A DNA stretch of 64,000 bases from Chrysomallon squamiferum (GCA_012295275.1 CM022670.1:8680001-8744000), one strand, 5' to 3'. Positions 35,617-51,208 are shown, counted from the first letter of the stretch. Translations and numbers: made by a program. The notes: a model not told the origin generated them from the letters alone.

Positions 35617-36460
35617 GTTGCTACTACTTTTCCACAACTACTACCAGTTCTACTATTGTTATTTCTATTATTATTATTATTAATTCATAGCCTCACTAAT
35701 GTTTTTTCTCATCTCCTTATATCTCTGTTTATGTAGAAACCTGTCGTCAATACTGTATACATAAAGATTCACCTGTGGACCATATACCCGTACATCTCTA
35801 ATTCAGTTTATCGATAAATTTGACAAAAAATATATATATGTTTATCAGTCGTTCAGGTAACCAACAAAACATACGTAAACATATCAAATGAACTGTTGCA
35901 TGTTTTGTTTCACTCTTTCTTCCATTTAATAATAAAACTGCGTGTTTCATTAATAGTAATGATGTTAAACAGACTGAGAAATTAAATTGATTTAAATATT
36001 TTACAGAAAACTAGTCCTCATTGTCATCAACTTTTCATTATTATTTTATCATTATCATCATCGTTGTCATCGTCGTCATTATCTTCTTTATTATTATTAA
36101 TATTATTACTATGTTGTTATATTTGCATAATTGTCACTGAATCCTTAAGAGGTTATGATGCGTGACAAATTTATATTAAGAACAATTCGTTATGTATAAC
36201 GGGTTGTAAAAGTAGCTGAGCTTTCTGATAAACAAATGGCAGGTGTGCCTCAGTGCTTTGTGTGAGCAGTTTTTACGACCAAAGTTACAGTATACTTTTA
36301 TGAGTACACGTAGTTGTTCACAGTTTTAAAACTAATATAATTACATCGATGGCAATGGATATTAAATAATATTTATAAGAAGAAGATATCAACAACAATA
36401 TAAATAACAAAATGGTAAGTAGTAGTAGTAGTAGAAGTAATGATGATGATGATGATGATG

Positions 36461-36492
<32 letters not shown>

Positions 36493-36870
36493 GATGATGA
36501 CAATAAAATAAATAAATAAATAACAAAAGTCATACGTTTTTGCAGTTTTCATCATTCCAAACCGTCTTATTACAGAATGTTAAGACAAAAAAAAAAAAAA
36601 AAAAAAAAAAATCAATGATTTTATAAATCTAAAGAGCAAAGCTTTCAAATTTGAAACGGAAACTGGATTATCTGCACCTGTGTCTTGCATGAAGGTTAAA
36701 AACAACAGTAGATCTGGAACAGAGTGAGCGTCATCATTGTGATATACATTTAACTTAACTTTCAGTTGTAAATAACAATTACACATACACACATATATAT
36801 CAAACCCCAAACAAAATCTATAAATGGAAATAAAGAAAGAAATGCATCACACTGTGAATATTGGGGCTGG

Positions 36871-36952
<82 letters not shown>

Positions 36953-37474
36953 TCTTATTGAGCCGAAAAACCAGCTTAATCCAAATAAATGAAATTCCAA
37001 TGAAATTAATTTAGTTTTGTAAAACATAAGCAAATACATGTAGCAAAGAATCATTCATTCTTGAAAAACCACAACAAAACGAAGATGTAACTAAACGGAT
37101 CGAAAATTAAAATTTGTTTCTTACAGAAGATTTATTAATAAAACAGAAATGTATGATAAAATAAACCATTTAGATATTCAAAAGGATATCCCATCAAGAA
37201 ATCTGGTTTTTAATAAAATCCAAAGAAGCATGACACCAAATATTAGATATTTAATGGCTGTTTCTTCATTGTACTCGAAGCAAACCTCAAAGAGAACGAA
37301 GTCTAAACAGAGTTCTTTATAACACTTGCATGTCTTTGATGTTTCAGTAAAAACCTTTACTAAAAATAAATTGTGACAATAAATTAAAATGCTGAGGACA
37401 GCACACATCATATTTATGATATCATTTTGCAAAAAAATAAATAAATAAATAAAGGCGGAAGAAAAAAAAAAAAA

Positions 37475-37509
<35 letters not shown>

Positions 37510-38064
37510 CCACAACAAAAATAACAATAGTATGATAAATTGTTCTTCTAAAAAAGTAATTTCTGATTATATTGCTTCATGCAAAATATGTATTTATTAT
37601 TTAATTTAAATGAAAATATTCATAATAGTTTTTGAAAAGAAAAAAGAAAGAAATGTATGTCCGGGAATCGTTTTTATGCGGTACGGGTATACGTGTTTGG
37701 TGATCTTGAAGAGTTCGAAGTATACGTAACAGTAGCTTATATTTAAACCTGTAAGGTCTACCCATATTGGACGTATACGAGTTCGCGCGCCATATGCACA
37801 TAATAAGTTTTTATTATTTCTGTGTGTTGTTGTTGTTGTTGTTGTTTTGTGTGTGTGTGTAACAATAACCTTTATAATGATTTACATAATTGTTTCACGA
37901 AAACTATTTGAAGAAAAAGTTTCTCCTGAAATCAACAGTTCATTTATGAAAACTTAGTGTATTTTTAAAATATATTACGGTAAAATAACGATAATTCAGC
38001 TAGATTTAATAAGCTTCTGTCAAACTAAAGGGAGGAATTGTACAACAACAACAAATGAAACAAG

Positions 38065-41000
38065 ATGGCTACGCGCAAAAACACGTTGTCTTCTCCGGTT
38101 CAATATGTTCAAATCGATGGATTGGTCAGTATTATATCTTTATCATTGAAAAATTATAATTAGAGATAGTGATCAATGCCAAAGTTGAACACCTATCTTA
38201 TAAAATAAAATAACTCTCTGGTGTTTCGAGCCATACGTTTACAAACACTGAAACAGTGAAACACAAGTTATATTAAATTGAAAATCATAAATCATATATG
38301 TACTATGTAGTCAGTAATGGATCATAAATTTGATTTTAGTTAATCAGACGTGTGCTTTGGTACAGTACCTACTCATGATAATTAATCAGTGTAGTGGTCA
38401 ATAACGTGGTTTATGCAAATATTAAATTATAGAAGTTTTCATATATAATATATATATAATAATAATTATAATATTATAAATATATTATATAATATATCTG
38501 TCTGTGTGAAACAGAATTTCAGTAATCACAATCACTGGTCACCTGTCATATCGTCCCCATCACAATTCAGGCCTTCTTGTCTTAGTCTAAGTCTTGCGGG
38601 TCTCTGGCAGAAGATACAGATATTTCATCTGAAATCTGTCACAGTTGTTAGTTTTTTGTCTTGAATTCCCACTGGGTTTAAATTTATACGTGTTAAATAA
38701 AAGCGGTCAAATATCAGAGAAAAGACATTTAAAATTTGATTGTTGTTTGTTTTGAGGAATTAATGACCAATATGGGCATCCATGTTAAATCCAAGAGGCC
38801 ACTAAATCTCACTTATAACAACCAGTTACAGTACTACTCACTAACACCAAACATCATATAATATATTATGTAGCTTCCAGTGTCACCAAGATGAATTAAC
38901 GCTTTCCTCATTTCCCCAAGAGTGCATCACAAAATGGTTTTAATGTTGTTATTATGTTTCTAAAAGCTTATGAAATATATATTGTTCCAGATATTTTTAA
39001 GTATGTAAAAAGATATGTAAATTGGTTACAAATTGTAGGATTTTCATTTTTTTAAAGTGACTGTTTTGTTCTTTTATACTGTATATGCTATATTTATTAT
39101 TAAACCAATGAACGTGTGGGGACATTCAGTATGTTAATACCCGTATTTGAAAACCAGAAGTCCTTTGGTCATATAATATTCACAGACTAAACAAATGCAT
39201 ACTTAGAGTTGGGATCAGTTTACATTAGACATTGTTATTGGTGTATCTTTATGATACGGCTCACTATGTTGTGCATACTTGGAAATGTAAAATTGTTTTT
39301 GTTATGATAATTTAGACAATTATATTTTTTTCAATGTCAGAAAGTAAAATTGACAAAATCAAATCTGAATTTAAAAAAAAAAAAAAAATTCTAAGTATTT
39401 TGGTATAATATATTCATTAAAATTAATACTGATTAATTTTATTATATCAGTTTCTATTTCTGTATTTATTTATTATCTGAGATTGGCAAGCTATAGACAT
39501 CTTAATTATTATTTAAAATGAAGTAAAAAAAAAAAACAAGAAATAAAAATTATAGTCTTTATACTGAGATACATCATACATTCATTTAACTAATGTATTT
39601 GCATTTTACTGTAGGTTGTTTTGAAAATGATCAAACACTGTCAGGAAGAAGGTGCTGGTGGCACTGATTTGGTCCAGGGAGTTCTACTGGGTCTCGTAGT
39701 GGACAACAGACTGGAAATAACAAACTGCTTTCCATTCCCCAAGCATACTGAAGATGAGGAATTTGATGAACGTAAGGTTTAACAGCTTACATATAATGTG
39801 TTTGGTATACTATTAAATTTAGACATGTTGTAGTTATGGATATTAATTAGATATTGACCTAACTGTTACATCACTGAACAGGATTACCTATTCAGTGTAT
39901 TTTCGTAAATGTTAAATGATAAACAATGACTAAGACCATAACAATATTTTTGGGTTTTTTTTCCATCAACCACATTTTTCAAAAATTGCTTATTGATTTT
40001 TTTTCAGTTTCACCATATTGTTTTGTATTTTCACAATTCTTTCAATGATATTAATTTTAATACATTTGATTATTTATCACCACAGTTCATTACCAGATGG
40101 AAATGATGAGAAACCTACGACACATGAACATTGACCATCTCCATGTAGGCTGGTATCAGAGTACATATTTTGGATCCTTCATAAACAGACCACTGCTAGA
40201 TTCCCAGTTCAACTACCAGCACTCCATTGAAGAATCTGTTGTTCTTATATATGGTAAGCAGCATAGAGTGTATTAACTGTGGCTTATATAATAAAATCAA
40301 GGTTTGAACAAGATATAATTAATATTCTCAGAATAAATTAATAAAACATTAACATCAATTCATTTATTTCTTAATAGAACCACTTTTTATTGTCCTGTAA
40401 ATTATTTATAATTATGTAATAAAAAAATAAAAAAAATAAACTTTTAATAAATATTTGTCAAGTTAATGTATCTTCACAAATGTTATATTTTGTTTAACTA
40501 TTTTTTACCAGATCCATTAAAAACAACACAAGGATTTCTCTCACTGAAGGCCTACAGACTAACACCAGAGATGATGGAATTTTATGCCCAGGCTGATTTT
40601 TCTCCTGAAAGCATAAGCAAAAATGGCATTAGCTTTGAGAAAATGTTTGATGAAATCCCAGTGGTTCTCAAGAATTCTCACTTGGTCAATGCACTTTTGT
40701 GTGAAGTAGAAGAAAAGACAGCTTCTTCTCCACAGTTTAATTTCCTTGATTTGGCAACAAGGTGATAATTTACATTCTAACTTGTTTATTTTTTGATATG
40801 GCTGTGCAGATATATCATTAAATTTGACATTCATACAACTCTGAAAAGTGAATAAACTTTATTTTTGTATAAAATACTTATTTTGTAAAAATACTCCTCA
40901 CTGCTAAAACAAAACAAATAATAGCAATTGTATGATAATTTTCCATAATTTCTCATTTCATTTTTTATGTTTGCTTCAGCAAAATTCAAACACTACAATA

Positions 41001-41926
41001 AAGATTTAAGATTTAAAAATATTTCCCTAATAAAAATATATCTTTTTTAAAACTTTCAGTGCCATGCTTGAGAAATATCTTCGTCAGTTGATGGAATCAG
41101 TCGATGATGTTGCTATGGATACCAATAAATACCTGAATTTCCAGAGACAACACTATCGACAACAGCAAGCCAAACAGCAACATATATTGAAAAGGGTATG
41201 TTGTACATTAATTAATGCTTTCTTGTGTATCTGTCACTTATAATATTGAAATCACAATGCAGTTGTAACCAAAATTATTTTTAAACAATTCCACATTTGT
41301 TAACACTTGTGGCATACAGAGAAATTATTATGAAAAACTCAAAATTAAGTTTTTTTCCAGCTTGATTAGTGTTTTGGGGGGTTTTATACAAAAATTACCT
41401 TTTTGTCTAACACATTAAACATTTTTATTCCACTTTGAATATCTGTTTAACTTTTTTTAATAAAGCTTGCAATAATGCAACTGAATGTACATAGGGAAAC
41501 AATTACATGCATTTCATAAAATTATTTTAAATAGTTAGCAATTTAATTATTATTTTTTAATTCCAATATTTATCATCTTAAAATACATCAATGAGGCTTT
41601 AATATGAAAAATCTAGATTTGGTTTTACAAAAGCTTCATTTTCAACAACCAAAATTTGCTACTAAACATTTCACTGGTTATTTATGAAAATCTGTTTCTT
41701 TTAGCAACAAGAGAACCAACAACGTCTGGCTAGAGGAGATCCTCCATTACCAGAAGAAGACTTGAATAAATTATTTAAACCTCTTCAGCCACCACCAAGA
41801 CTTGATGCACTGCTTGTGTCTGGACAGATTGATAATTATGCTGATCAGATCTCTGAATTTGCAGCTCAAAGTCTTGGAAAACTGTTTATAGCGGAAAGCT
41901 TGCAAGATTCCAATAAAACAGCTTAG
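38065..41926 (+). CDS. EIF3H: Eukaryotic translation initiation factor 3 subunit H, 330 aa
   Basis: Exons 38065-38124, 39615-39771, 40086-40253, 40512-40761, 41060-41195 and 41705-41926 (993 nt). Motifs: [110 protein letters not shown] (MPN domain). Confidence 0.97.
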
Positions 41927-44451
41927 TCATAGGATGATCAGGAACACTATTCAAATGCAAAGACCGTGAAAAAGACCAAGAATTTTAATAAATTTATTCT
42001 TTTAATAAGAATAAATCAGGGTTGGATTTTCTTCTGTTTATTATTAATAACAATAAAAAAAATATACTGACAATCAGGAAAAAGCAGAAAGGACCTGTAA
42101 ATTCACTGATTAATTCTTTCAGAATTTAACATTGGGTATTTTAACAATAATAATGTTTAAACCTGACATTTTCATCTTATAATCATGTTAGCTGCACTAT
42201 TTTTATTATCATTGAAAGAAGCAGGAAATTTATTATGAATTTTGTACAATAAATTTGTGAGTTCTATTTTAAATCAAGATAAATATTTTTGGTCTTTGTG
42301 CAATTTCTGGGAAATAAAAAAAAAAGAAGATAATTTAAACCTTTCTAAGGTACAGCTTTTAATCAAAAACTGAGGATGAAAATTAAAGCAACAGTTTGAA
42401 ATATGTATTTTGTTTGCATAAAAAATAAATCTAAAATACAGAACTGTTTTATTTTGTTGTTGTTTTGATGATATTTGCAGCCAAAGAAAGTTGTATGAAT
42501 CAGGAAGGGTGTAAACAAAATTGTAATGCAGTTTTTAATTGTATTTCTACTTCACAACAGAATGAATATAAAATAAAGTCAAGTCATTTTAAAATATTTG
42601 AGAGTAGATTTATTGCTTAGGGATTTAATACATTACCAGAAACTGACAATTTGTTTGGCTGAATCCCATTTCATACAAAAATGGTATAGCTTAGAGGTAG
42701 AAAGGATGACAAGAGCATGGCAAACTGTTCCTATAGAAACAAGGGGATAAAAAGCAGATGATTTTCACTGGTCAGAAGTATTTGTTTTATGTTTAAATGG
42801 GACAAATTACAAATACAATGAAAACTTTTTTTTTTTTTTTTTTAAATCACTGAAAAAGCATGCATGCATGCATAGTAATGTTTGTCATTAACGTTTATCA
42901 TTTGGGTAAAAAGTAATGATACATTTGTTTTGTCTTTTTTCTAAAGTTTTGCAAAGAAAATTAATAGTGTGACTGACTGCAAAACATACCATTATCTTGA
43001 AAATCAGTTCAATAAAAAATATGGTAAATTTTATGCCACCTTTCAATAAAAATAATAAAAATAAATAGGAAATTTTAAAATTTACTCCTACAGTAAATTC
43101 TCCTCTAATAAAATACCATACATCATCAGCAAATTATAAACAATGTCAGAACTGGGAAAATATTCTTTTAACATTTGCTGACACAAAGTTTATTTATATA
43201 TATATATATATATATTTCTAATAGGCACTAGTAGCATATTTTATATTCTAAGGAACATAATCAGTTAAAATAACTGAATGACCTCTTTTAAAGCATTATG
43301 CTCCTATGACAAAATAGTGTAAAAATGACTTTTAATTGTTTATTTATACTGATTTATATGAATTTAGTGTACTGTTATATGGTCCATTAACAAATTTTAG
43401 AAATGTAACAATGCATAACAACTGGAACATACATCAGACGTGACTAGTATGGGATGTTGAACAGGAACAAAATCTGATACTACACTAAACAATATATATT
43501 TATAAAATATCAAACAACATTAGATTTCTTCATGTTTTCCGTAAATTCATTGAATTAATGACTGTAGATCAATTTGTGCTGTAAGTCTTGGTCACAGTTT
43601 AAAAAAACATAACAGCAGAAGATGCATGTCACAGAACAATAACAAATACAAAGTTCATGGACACAAACTCCAATGTATCAAATTTATTACACTGGTCTAA
43701 GATGTGACAACACTCCCACCAATGGTAATCATTATTTTTTTTAAATTAATTTTGTTTGACATCCATCACCTTTTAATGTTTGGGCTGTTATAGTAATCAG
43801 CAGTAGACATTTTCCAGCTATTCCTAATGAATTTCCCAGCAAGATTTCTCAGATATTTTGTACTGATTTTAAAATCTAATTTGAACACTATGGTAAATTT
43901 ACTGAGATCATGGGCATTTCATTCTACTCAAACAACATACACTAAAGGCCAAACTTTTCAGATTAAAAAAAAAACATCACATCATTAGTAAATCTTTTTA
44001 TTTCAATTAATTCACTGATTTCCACTAATCATTAGCATCAAAAGCCATCTCTGGAGACACATTAGTTTTGAATAACATGATAAAAACCAATTCATTGCCA
44101 GACCTGAGATAATTTGGATCCAGTCATTAATACTATAAAAAGGACCGACCAAAATGTCTTCAGAGAATGCAGGATTTAATGCATGCTGCTGATTTCTAGT
44201 TCAAAAGCCACAACAAACAATGAAAGGCCAACAGATTAAGCAATCAAAATAAAAAATGTCCCATTCTTAAGAAATACCCTTCTTTTAAAAGTTTCTTCCA
44301 GTCAGTCATATAAAAGACAACAACACAAAACATCAAATGATGGTGATGATACAGTGATGTCTACTAGATGAGGACTGATGAAGATTTCATCCCGGGGATG
44401 GTGTGACAACGAAAGACATCTGGCATCACAGCACCACCGAGATGTTGTGAA

Positions 44452-47400
44452 TCACTGTTTGTTTTCAGAATCTGAAAATAAATAAAGTAAAAAAGTAAAA
44501 ATATCTTTTATAACAAACACACACACAAACAAACTTTATATATATCTTTTATATATACATATATATTTTTTTTCAATACATAATTCATCACATTTGTACC
44601 ATAATATAAAATAAACCTAATCTTTTATAACAAACACACACACAAACAAACTTTATATATATCTTTTATATATACATATATATTTTTTTTTCAATACATA
44701 ATTCATCACATTTGTACCATAATATAAAATAAACCTATGGGCCCCAATCTTAAAATTTATTTGAAATTAGGCATGTAAAAATAAAAGGTTAAGAATCAGT
44801 CTAGTGTTTAATTATAATAATTACATTAAATATATTTTATGCTACAGGATTCTAGGAACAGCAACTTTAAAATGATATTCTAATTTTCTGATAACACCTA
44901 CACTGTAATACTTAGTGTCATTATGATTACATCTTCTCAAAGAACTTGTCAAATGCATGAGTTAGAAATGTCTGTAAGTGAACCTGTGTTAAATACATGT
45001 GTGTCTTACCTTTAGGAGGCTGTTGTGGCGGTTGCGGAGGATGGCCCTGAAACTGACTCCTAATTTGTGCTACAAGTTCAGGATTCTGCTGTTGCATTTG
45101 TGATGCCAACTGCTGCCCTCTGGGGAAAAAAACAAACAATTTATATCTCTTTCCAAATACATTAATACCCAGAAACAAAGAATAAGGAACAAAACTGCCA
45201 CAAACCAACTCTTACCTCTCAAAAAATAAACACACCAAAAAACCCTCTAAAATTAATTAAAATAAAAAAAATAAATAAATAAGATATGGCATATAATGTA
45301 ACTTTATTTTAATACAAATCAATAACTTCATAAATGTAACTACCATTTAATCAAAACTACCAATGTTTAACATTCAAACAGGAATTTGTCTCATATCTGA
45401 CTACACACAGTACTGAACATTTTCTTAAATCCCACATTACAAATTACTTACGCTTGAAGTAATGATGCTAAACCCTGTTCAGTAGGCTGTCCCTCTCCAT
45501 GCCCTTGGGTTGTCCCAGCTAAAATATTTGCCATCCTAAGATATAAAATTAACTGAATATTACAGCAGAAAATGAAAGCCCATAACAACTTTAGATACCA
45601 TCATATTGTCTTTAACCCATGGAATTTGAAATTGATGATTGAATGGAAAATGATTTTGAAAGCAAGAAATGTAATCAGATATCAGATAAAAAAACAAAAC
45701 AAAAATATTTGTTTTTACACGATAGTATTAATATACCTATGCACCTCACTGTTGGCAAACAGATATCTACTGAAATTTCAAAATGAACTTATAAAACTAC
45801 CAATAAAACAATGTTCGGGAAATAAGGTGTGTTTCTGTTGGTTAATTTGTGAACCCAGTCATAATTCTAGACAAAAACATAAAATGAAAACACAACTGCA
45901 AATTATTCAAAATAAATGACCAAAAGGAAAACATAGAATTTCTTTTCAGTCTTCACTTATATGCTTTACTTTTTTTTATTAATTTTGATAAGTTGGACAG
46001 AGTATAAACCTGAACAGAAAATTTGTCTTTATTATAATTTTAATTATTTTGAATTTAACAGTAGACAAACTGTTTGATGGCTGATGAACATTTAAAATTT
46101 TACTTACATCTGTTGCATCTCTGGATTTGCCATCATGGTGGATGCCTGAAAAAACATCATTTATTCACTACTTACTGACATCCAAAAACCAACAAATAAA
46201 ATTTGTGAAAAATATCTTAACTAAATTAAACAAGTAACTAAAAACTGAAAACAGAGACTTTATAAAGTAATGCTTAAAAAAGAAAAATTAAATTACACAT
46301 ACATGTTTTTACAAATTATGATTAAGCTACTGAATTGTTGTTACAGAAGTGAGACAGTTTAGATGTACTTTTTATTTGTGTATTTTGTAACTTTTTAAAA
46401 TGTATTTTTGTGTTAAGAATACTTACCATGTTCATCATTGCAGGATTACTCAGCAAACCACTCATGTCAAAACCACCAGCAGGTCCTCCTGCAAATCCAG
46501 CCTGTAGATAAAATTTTTTTTTTTTTTTTTTTAAATTACATACATGAACTTTTAATTTCAGAGAACTTAAAATGTGTGTGTACTGTATCCTCAATATTAA
46601 ATATGGCAATCAGCATTTGATGTGATAATTTTAAATGTAGAATCATGAATTCATATTTACAAAATAGCCACTTTTTTATATAATTTAATATATACCATTG
46701 TTCAAATTTTATCTACAAAAATTATAAAGAAATGGCCCATCTATAAAAATAGACACCCCAGCAAAAAGCAAAACCACCCAAAATAAGTAGAAGTGAAAAA
46801 AAAAAAAAGATATTTTAAGTATTTATCCCAAAGGCAAATCAAAATAAATTTAAGAAAATTAAAAACATGGCATGCTAAATATAAGTAATCATGATGAACT
46901 TACACCAAATGCATATTCTCTTGCTTTCTGCTCTGCAATTTCTAAGTTATTTTGATAACTCTGGTTATCAGGGTCAAGTTCTAGAGCTTTGCGGTAACAT
47001 TCTCTCGCTGATTCATGGTCATTGATAGCAGTGTAAGCAATTCTATTAATTAATATGAAATGTTTCAGCATATTTATTTTGTGTTATAAATACTTTTTTT
47101 TTTTTTTAAATTGTAGGTAATAACATAACAGACAGAAAATAATTTAATTTCATTAATATCAACAAACTTCTCTTACTGTTAATGTCAAATCTGCATAATT
47201 TTTTGCAAATGTCTGAAATAAAATATTACATTAAAACCACCTTCATAAAAATAACTGACTATTCAATGAACAGTCAACAGTTGTCTAATTGCATTAACTT
47301 TCCCAGAACACTGGGTATAAAAATGCAGAAACATATTTGTTTTCAATTTGAATGTACCAAATTTATGACACTTTACATATCTTGTAGGAAAATAAGGAAA

Positions 47401-49093
47401 AATAAAAAATTTAATAATTAAAGAAATCTCACCCTAGTCTACCATAAGCTTTACTATAACTTGGATCAATGGTAAGAGCTAGATTACAGTCATCTATAGC
47501 TAACTGAGGCTTGTCTAACTTGCTATAGGCCGCAGCTCTGAAACAATAATAGTAATAACAATCATGGTAACAACTTTAAAAATAATAAAAATAACATTAA
47601 AAAATGAGTAATACCATAAAAAAAAGATTGTTATTTTAAAAAATGAAAAGGCTTTTGTTTGCATAGAGTTATTAGATGGCCACAAAATTTATAATAAAGA
47701 AATAAATTAATGCTGTATTCAAAACCATGTGACTTTTAAAGTGCATCATACTTTATTTTGTTTATATCAAATATTATTTTTTAAATGAAATATTATCTTC
47801 AGTTCAGTACTCTATATTGACAATCTGTCATGATTACTTAAAACCATTTTGCTTGCTGTAAAATAAATACCTGTTGCAATAATAAACTGCAGTTTTTCCA
47901 TCTAATTTTATAGCTTTTGAATAACACTCCAAAGCATCTGAAAATTTATTGTTCTTCATGAAGTCATTCCCTGTGAAAAAAGAAATTCAAGAGTTTTATA
48001 TCACTTCAAATCAAAATATAAATTAATGACTCATTATTTCAATATCAGCAGAAAAATATTCCTCTGAATTATTATTTAATAACAGCAGATTATAAGTGAA
48101 AAAGTGTTAACAAATTAACCTTTATTTTTCCAATCCTCTGCTTCTTTTTTTTCCTCTGGTGTAGCTTCGTGCAGTGACAAACTTGCAAAATCTGTACTTG
48201 GCTGTGAAAGTTAAAATTCAATAAAAATTATTAAGGAATAAATTTCTTTAATAATTAAAAGATATCTGTATATAAATTTTAACAACAATAATGCCTTAAA
48301 TTAATTCCAAAATAGATTATGAAACTATTTCAAGACCCATATACCGGACTAGTGAAATGAACAAGAACATAATTTTTATATGAATTTTGTTAAGTCTCCA
48401 TAGTAAAACTTCTCAAGCATTCAATGACAATCATTCAGATGTGAAAAAATAATAAAAATAAAAATAATAATAATAATAATAATAATAATCATAATCATAA
48501 TCATAATCATAATCATAATCATAATCATAATCATAATAATCTTTACCATCTGAGAATTGAAGATATCAAGCAAATTTCTTTGAACTTGATACTTTGCCTG
48601 CATATCAGGATCATGAATATTTATTTTGTATGCCGACTCCAAACACTGGTAGGCAACTAAAATAAAACAGTATAAAATTTAAAAAATACAAATCAAAAAC
48701 TAATCATGCTAAACTAATTTTTTTTCAAATAACTGCCATACATTTCATAATCTTTTTATCTTTTAACAATTAAATTTCAAAAAATAAAAAAAACTCAGTA
48801 AACTGTAATTATAAGACAAATAATAATAATAATAATAATAAAATAATAATAAAGACATGTTAAAATTTAAAATTAAGGTTTAATTTCTGAAAAATATAAT
48901 TGAATTCTACCTCTTTTAGGGCCACCTGTAATTCTAAATAGTAAAACAGCCAAAAAAAATAAAATAATAATAATTAAAATTAAATGTTATCTACCTTCTA
49001 TGCTCTCTATTTGATCATCACTTAAATTTCCATGTTTTTTCTGATCATCCAAAATGATAAAATGGAAAATACCAACTTATTTACATCAGCCAT
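44452..49093 (-). CDS. SGTA: Small glutamine-rich TPR-containing co-chaperone SGT, ~320 aa (needs +1 T in the first coding exon)
   Basis: Exons 49093-48995, 48656-48547, 48201-48120, 47970-47871, 47537-47433, 47042-46904, 46501-46427, 46145-46108, 45535-45452, 45119-45010 and 44471-44452. These encode the N-terminal dimerisation domain ([14 protein letters not shown]), three TPRs ([35 protein letters not shown]) and an M/Q-rich tail ([20 protein letters not shown]). Confidence 0.95.
44502..44737. repeat. ~118-bp two-copy tandem duplication in the last SGTA intron
   Basis: atctttt(t)ataacaaacacacacacaaac...ataatataaaataaaccta is repeated head to tail. Confidence 0.9.
48485..48540. repeat. (ATAATC)n microsatellite; the same motif occurs at 60075-60113
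   Basis: Direct observation. Confidence 0.9.
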
Positions 49094-51148
49094 TATGTTG
49101 AAAATCTGAAACTTAAAAAGAAATAGATCATCAGCTGTGTATTGTTAGATGTATATTATTAATATTAAATCATTTATGTGAAGATCAATGGGCTACAGGC
49201 TAAATTTAGTGAATACAAAGTTTAGATTAAACAAATAACTTGCTGCAATTTGCTGGGGATTACCAAATCTAGATCTCTATTCAAATTTGTTTTCTGTACA
49301 ATTTTTTTTCTTGAATGTAACAGAAACAAATTGGGAATAATATTATGTTTTATATGAGGATTTGTATAATCAGAAAAAAATATATTAACTTTTGTAAGTT
49401 TTAAAAATGTTTCAATTCATAAAAACTAATAATGATGTCAAAAAAAATATGAATCCAAGGTGCACACAGTTAATTCATCTACATGTTTGACTAATTCAAG
49501 TTTAACTTGAAGTTATGAATCTTTTACAACATAAATATTCAAGTAGAGTCTGAATATTTCTTTTCTTTCCTTAAATCTTGATAGAAATTTATTCTAATGA
49601 AGAACAGATTATTTCAGCAGTGTCTATTTTATCATTTATATAATTTACATACCTTTGTTACTTCATTATTATGTCTAAACTGGCTTTACAGTGGCATTTA
49701 AAAAACTGATTTTTTCAATAGGCTATTGGTCAATATCATAACAGATTTGTACATTTATTTAGCTAAATGTTTAACACTTTGTTAAATTACCAATATTTGA
49801 GAAGGGTATGTACGTTTATGCAGTTAAGCATATAATGTTTCAAACTGATTATATGATTGAATAATAATTATAAAAAAAAAAAGTAAAAAATAAAAATTCA
49901 TTATTACTTTGCCTTTAACTTAGCAAAATTGTTTTTTCAGTTTACAACATATTAATACTTTTTATATAATTATTACAATTAATATTATTTATAATACACT
50001 ATGTCAGTATGTGACTATACAACTACTACTAATAATCAATTAATAAGTAACAACAACTAGAGTTTTAAGAAGAATCTTAGAATGTAATTTAATAATTTGA
50101 AAAAATAAGTAGTTTCTTATTAATAATAAAATCATGAAATTAGTTAAATAAATAATTCAGGTCAAGAGAGTCTTCTCTTAAAGTCTGATTTATGACAATT
50201 TAAATGTAAATTATTTATATTTTATCAAAATATCTATAAATTAAAATTTGTGATTCCTATTCTATTTAATTTTAATCACTGTAAGTGTAATGAATATCAG
50301 TCAAGACATGTAGTTCGATACCTATAAATATTGAATCGACGTATACACCTGTCTGGGAACATGATACTGATACTGATAAAATAATGAATAATGTGAATTA
50401 CGATTAAAATGATAAACTGAATAGTGAATAATACAAAATGGCTATCTGATCTCATTGAAATAATATTCTAGGATGATCGGGTAGCACGATTATTTCACTG
50501 GAATTAAATTAAATGAAAAACTGTGATATTTAAATTATCGGAACATTAATGAACATGCTACCTGTTAACTGAAGAAAAACACAAAAAATATGCCTGTCAC
50601 GTTTTAAAATTTGTCATAAATGAATCTGTCGTATGCTGTAGTCTCGATAGTTCAAATCCGCCTAAATCGGAAATTACCGGGAATAGTCGGTGATAGAAGC
50701 GTGAATACAAACCCCAATTGTTAAAGGGAACTGACACTGTCCAAATAATTATTTTTTATTAAAAACAAAGTTAAATTTTAATTCTTCTTATTATTATTTT
50801 TTTTTTTTTTGTGGTGTTCTCAGTGAGTTAATGCTCACCATATCATCATATCATAGTGAATTCTTGTCAGTCACTTAGATTCATATTCATTTCCGCATTC
50901 AGCTGTCTTCAGATTTACAAGTGAATCAGATGTTTGGCCTGAAAGGCATCATCATCATCATTATTATTATTATTAAGTACAACAACATTCTATCACAGTA
51001 ACTTTTTCATTAATTTATGACAAAAATAGCAAGAACAAATATATTATATATCACCTAAAAAGTACCTATCAATCCATTTAGATGGCCATTTTTGAACACT
51101 TAGGTGGTTGAAACACAAGTATATATTTTTTATTTTGTTTTAAAAAAG

Positions 51149-51208
<60 letters not shown>

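Noticed and set aside
36660-36740. Box C-like ATGATGA on the minus strand (snoRNA?)
   Set aside because: No box D (CTGA) or terminal stem at a suitable distance.
37601-37801. Minus-strand ORF or SelW-like peptide (MARELVYVQYG*)
   Set aside because: Stops at TAG, has no CxxU/CxxC motif, no SECIS and no consistent exon chain.
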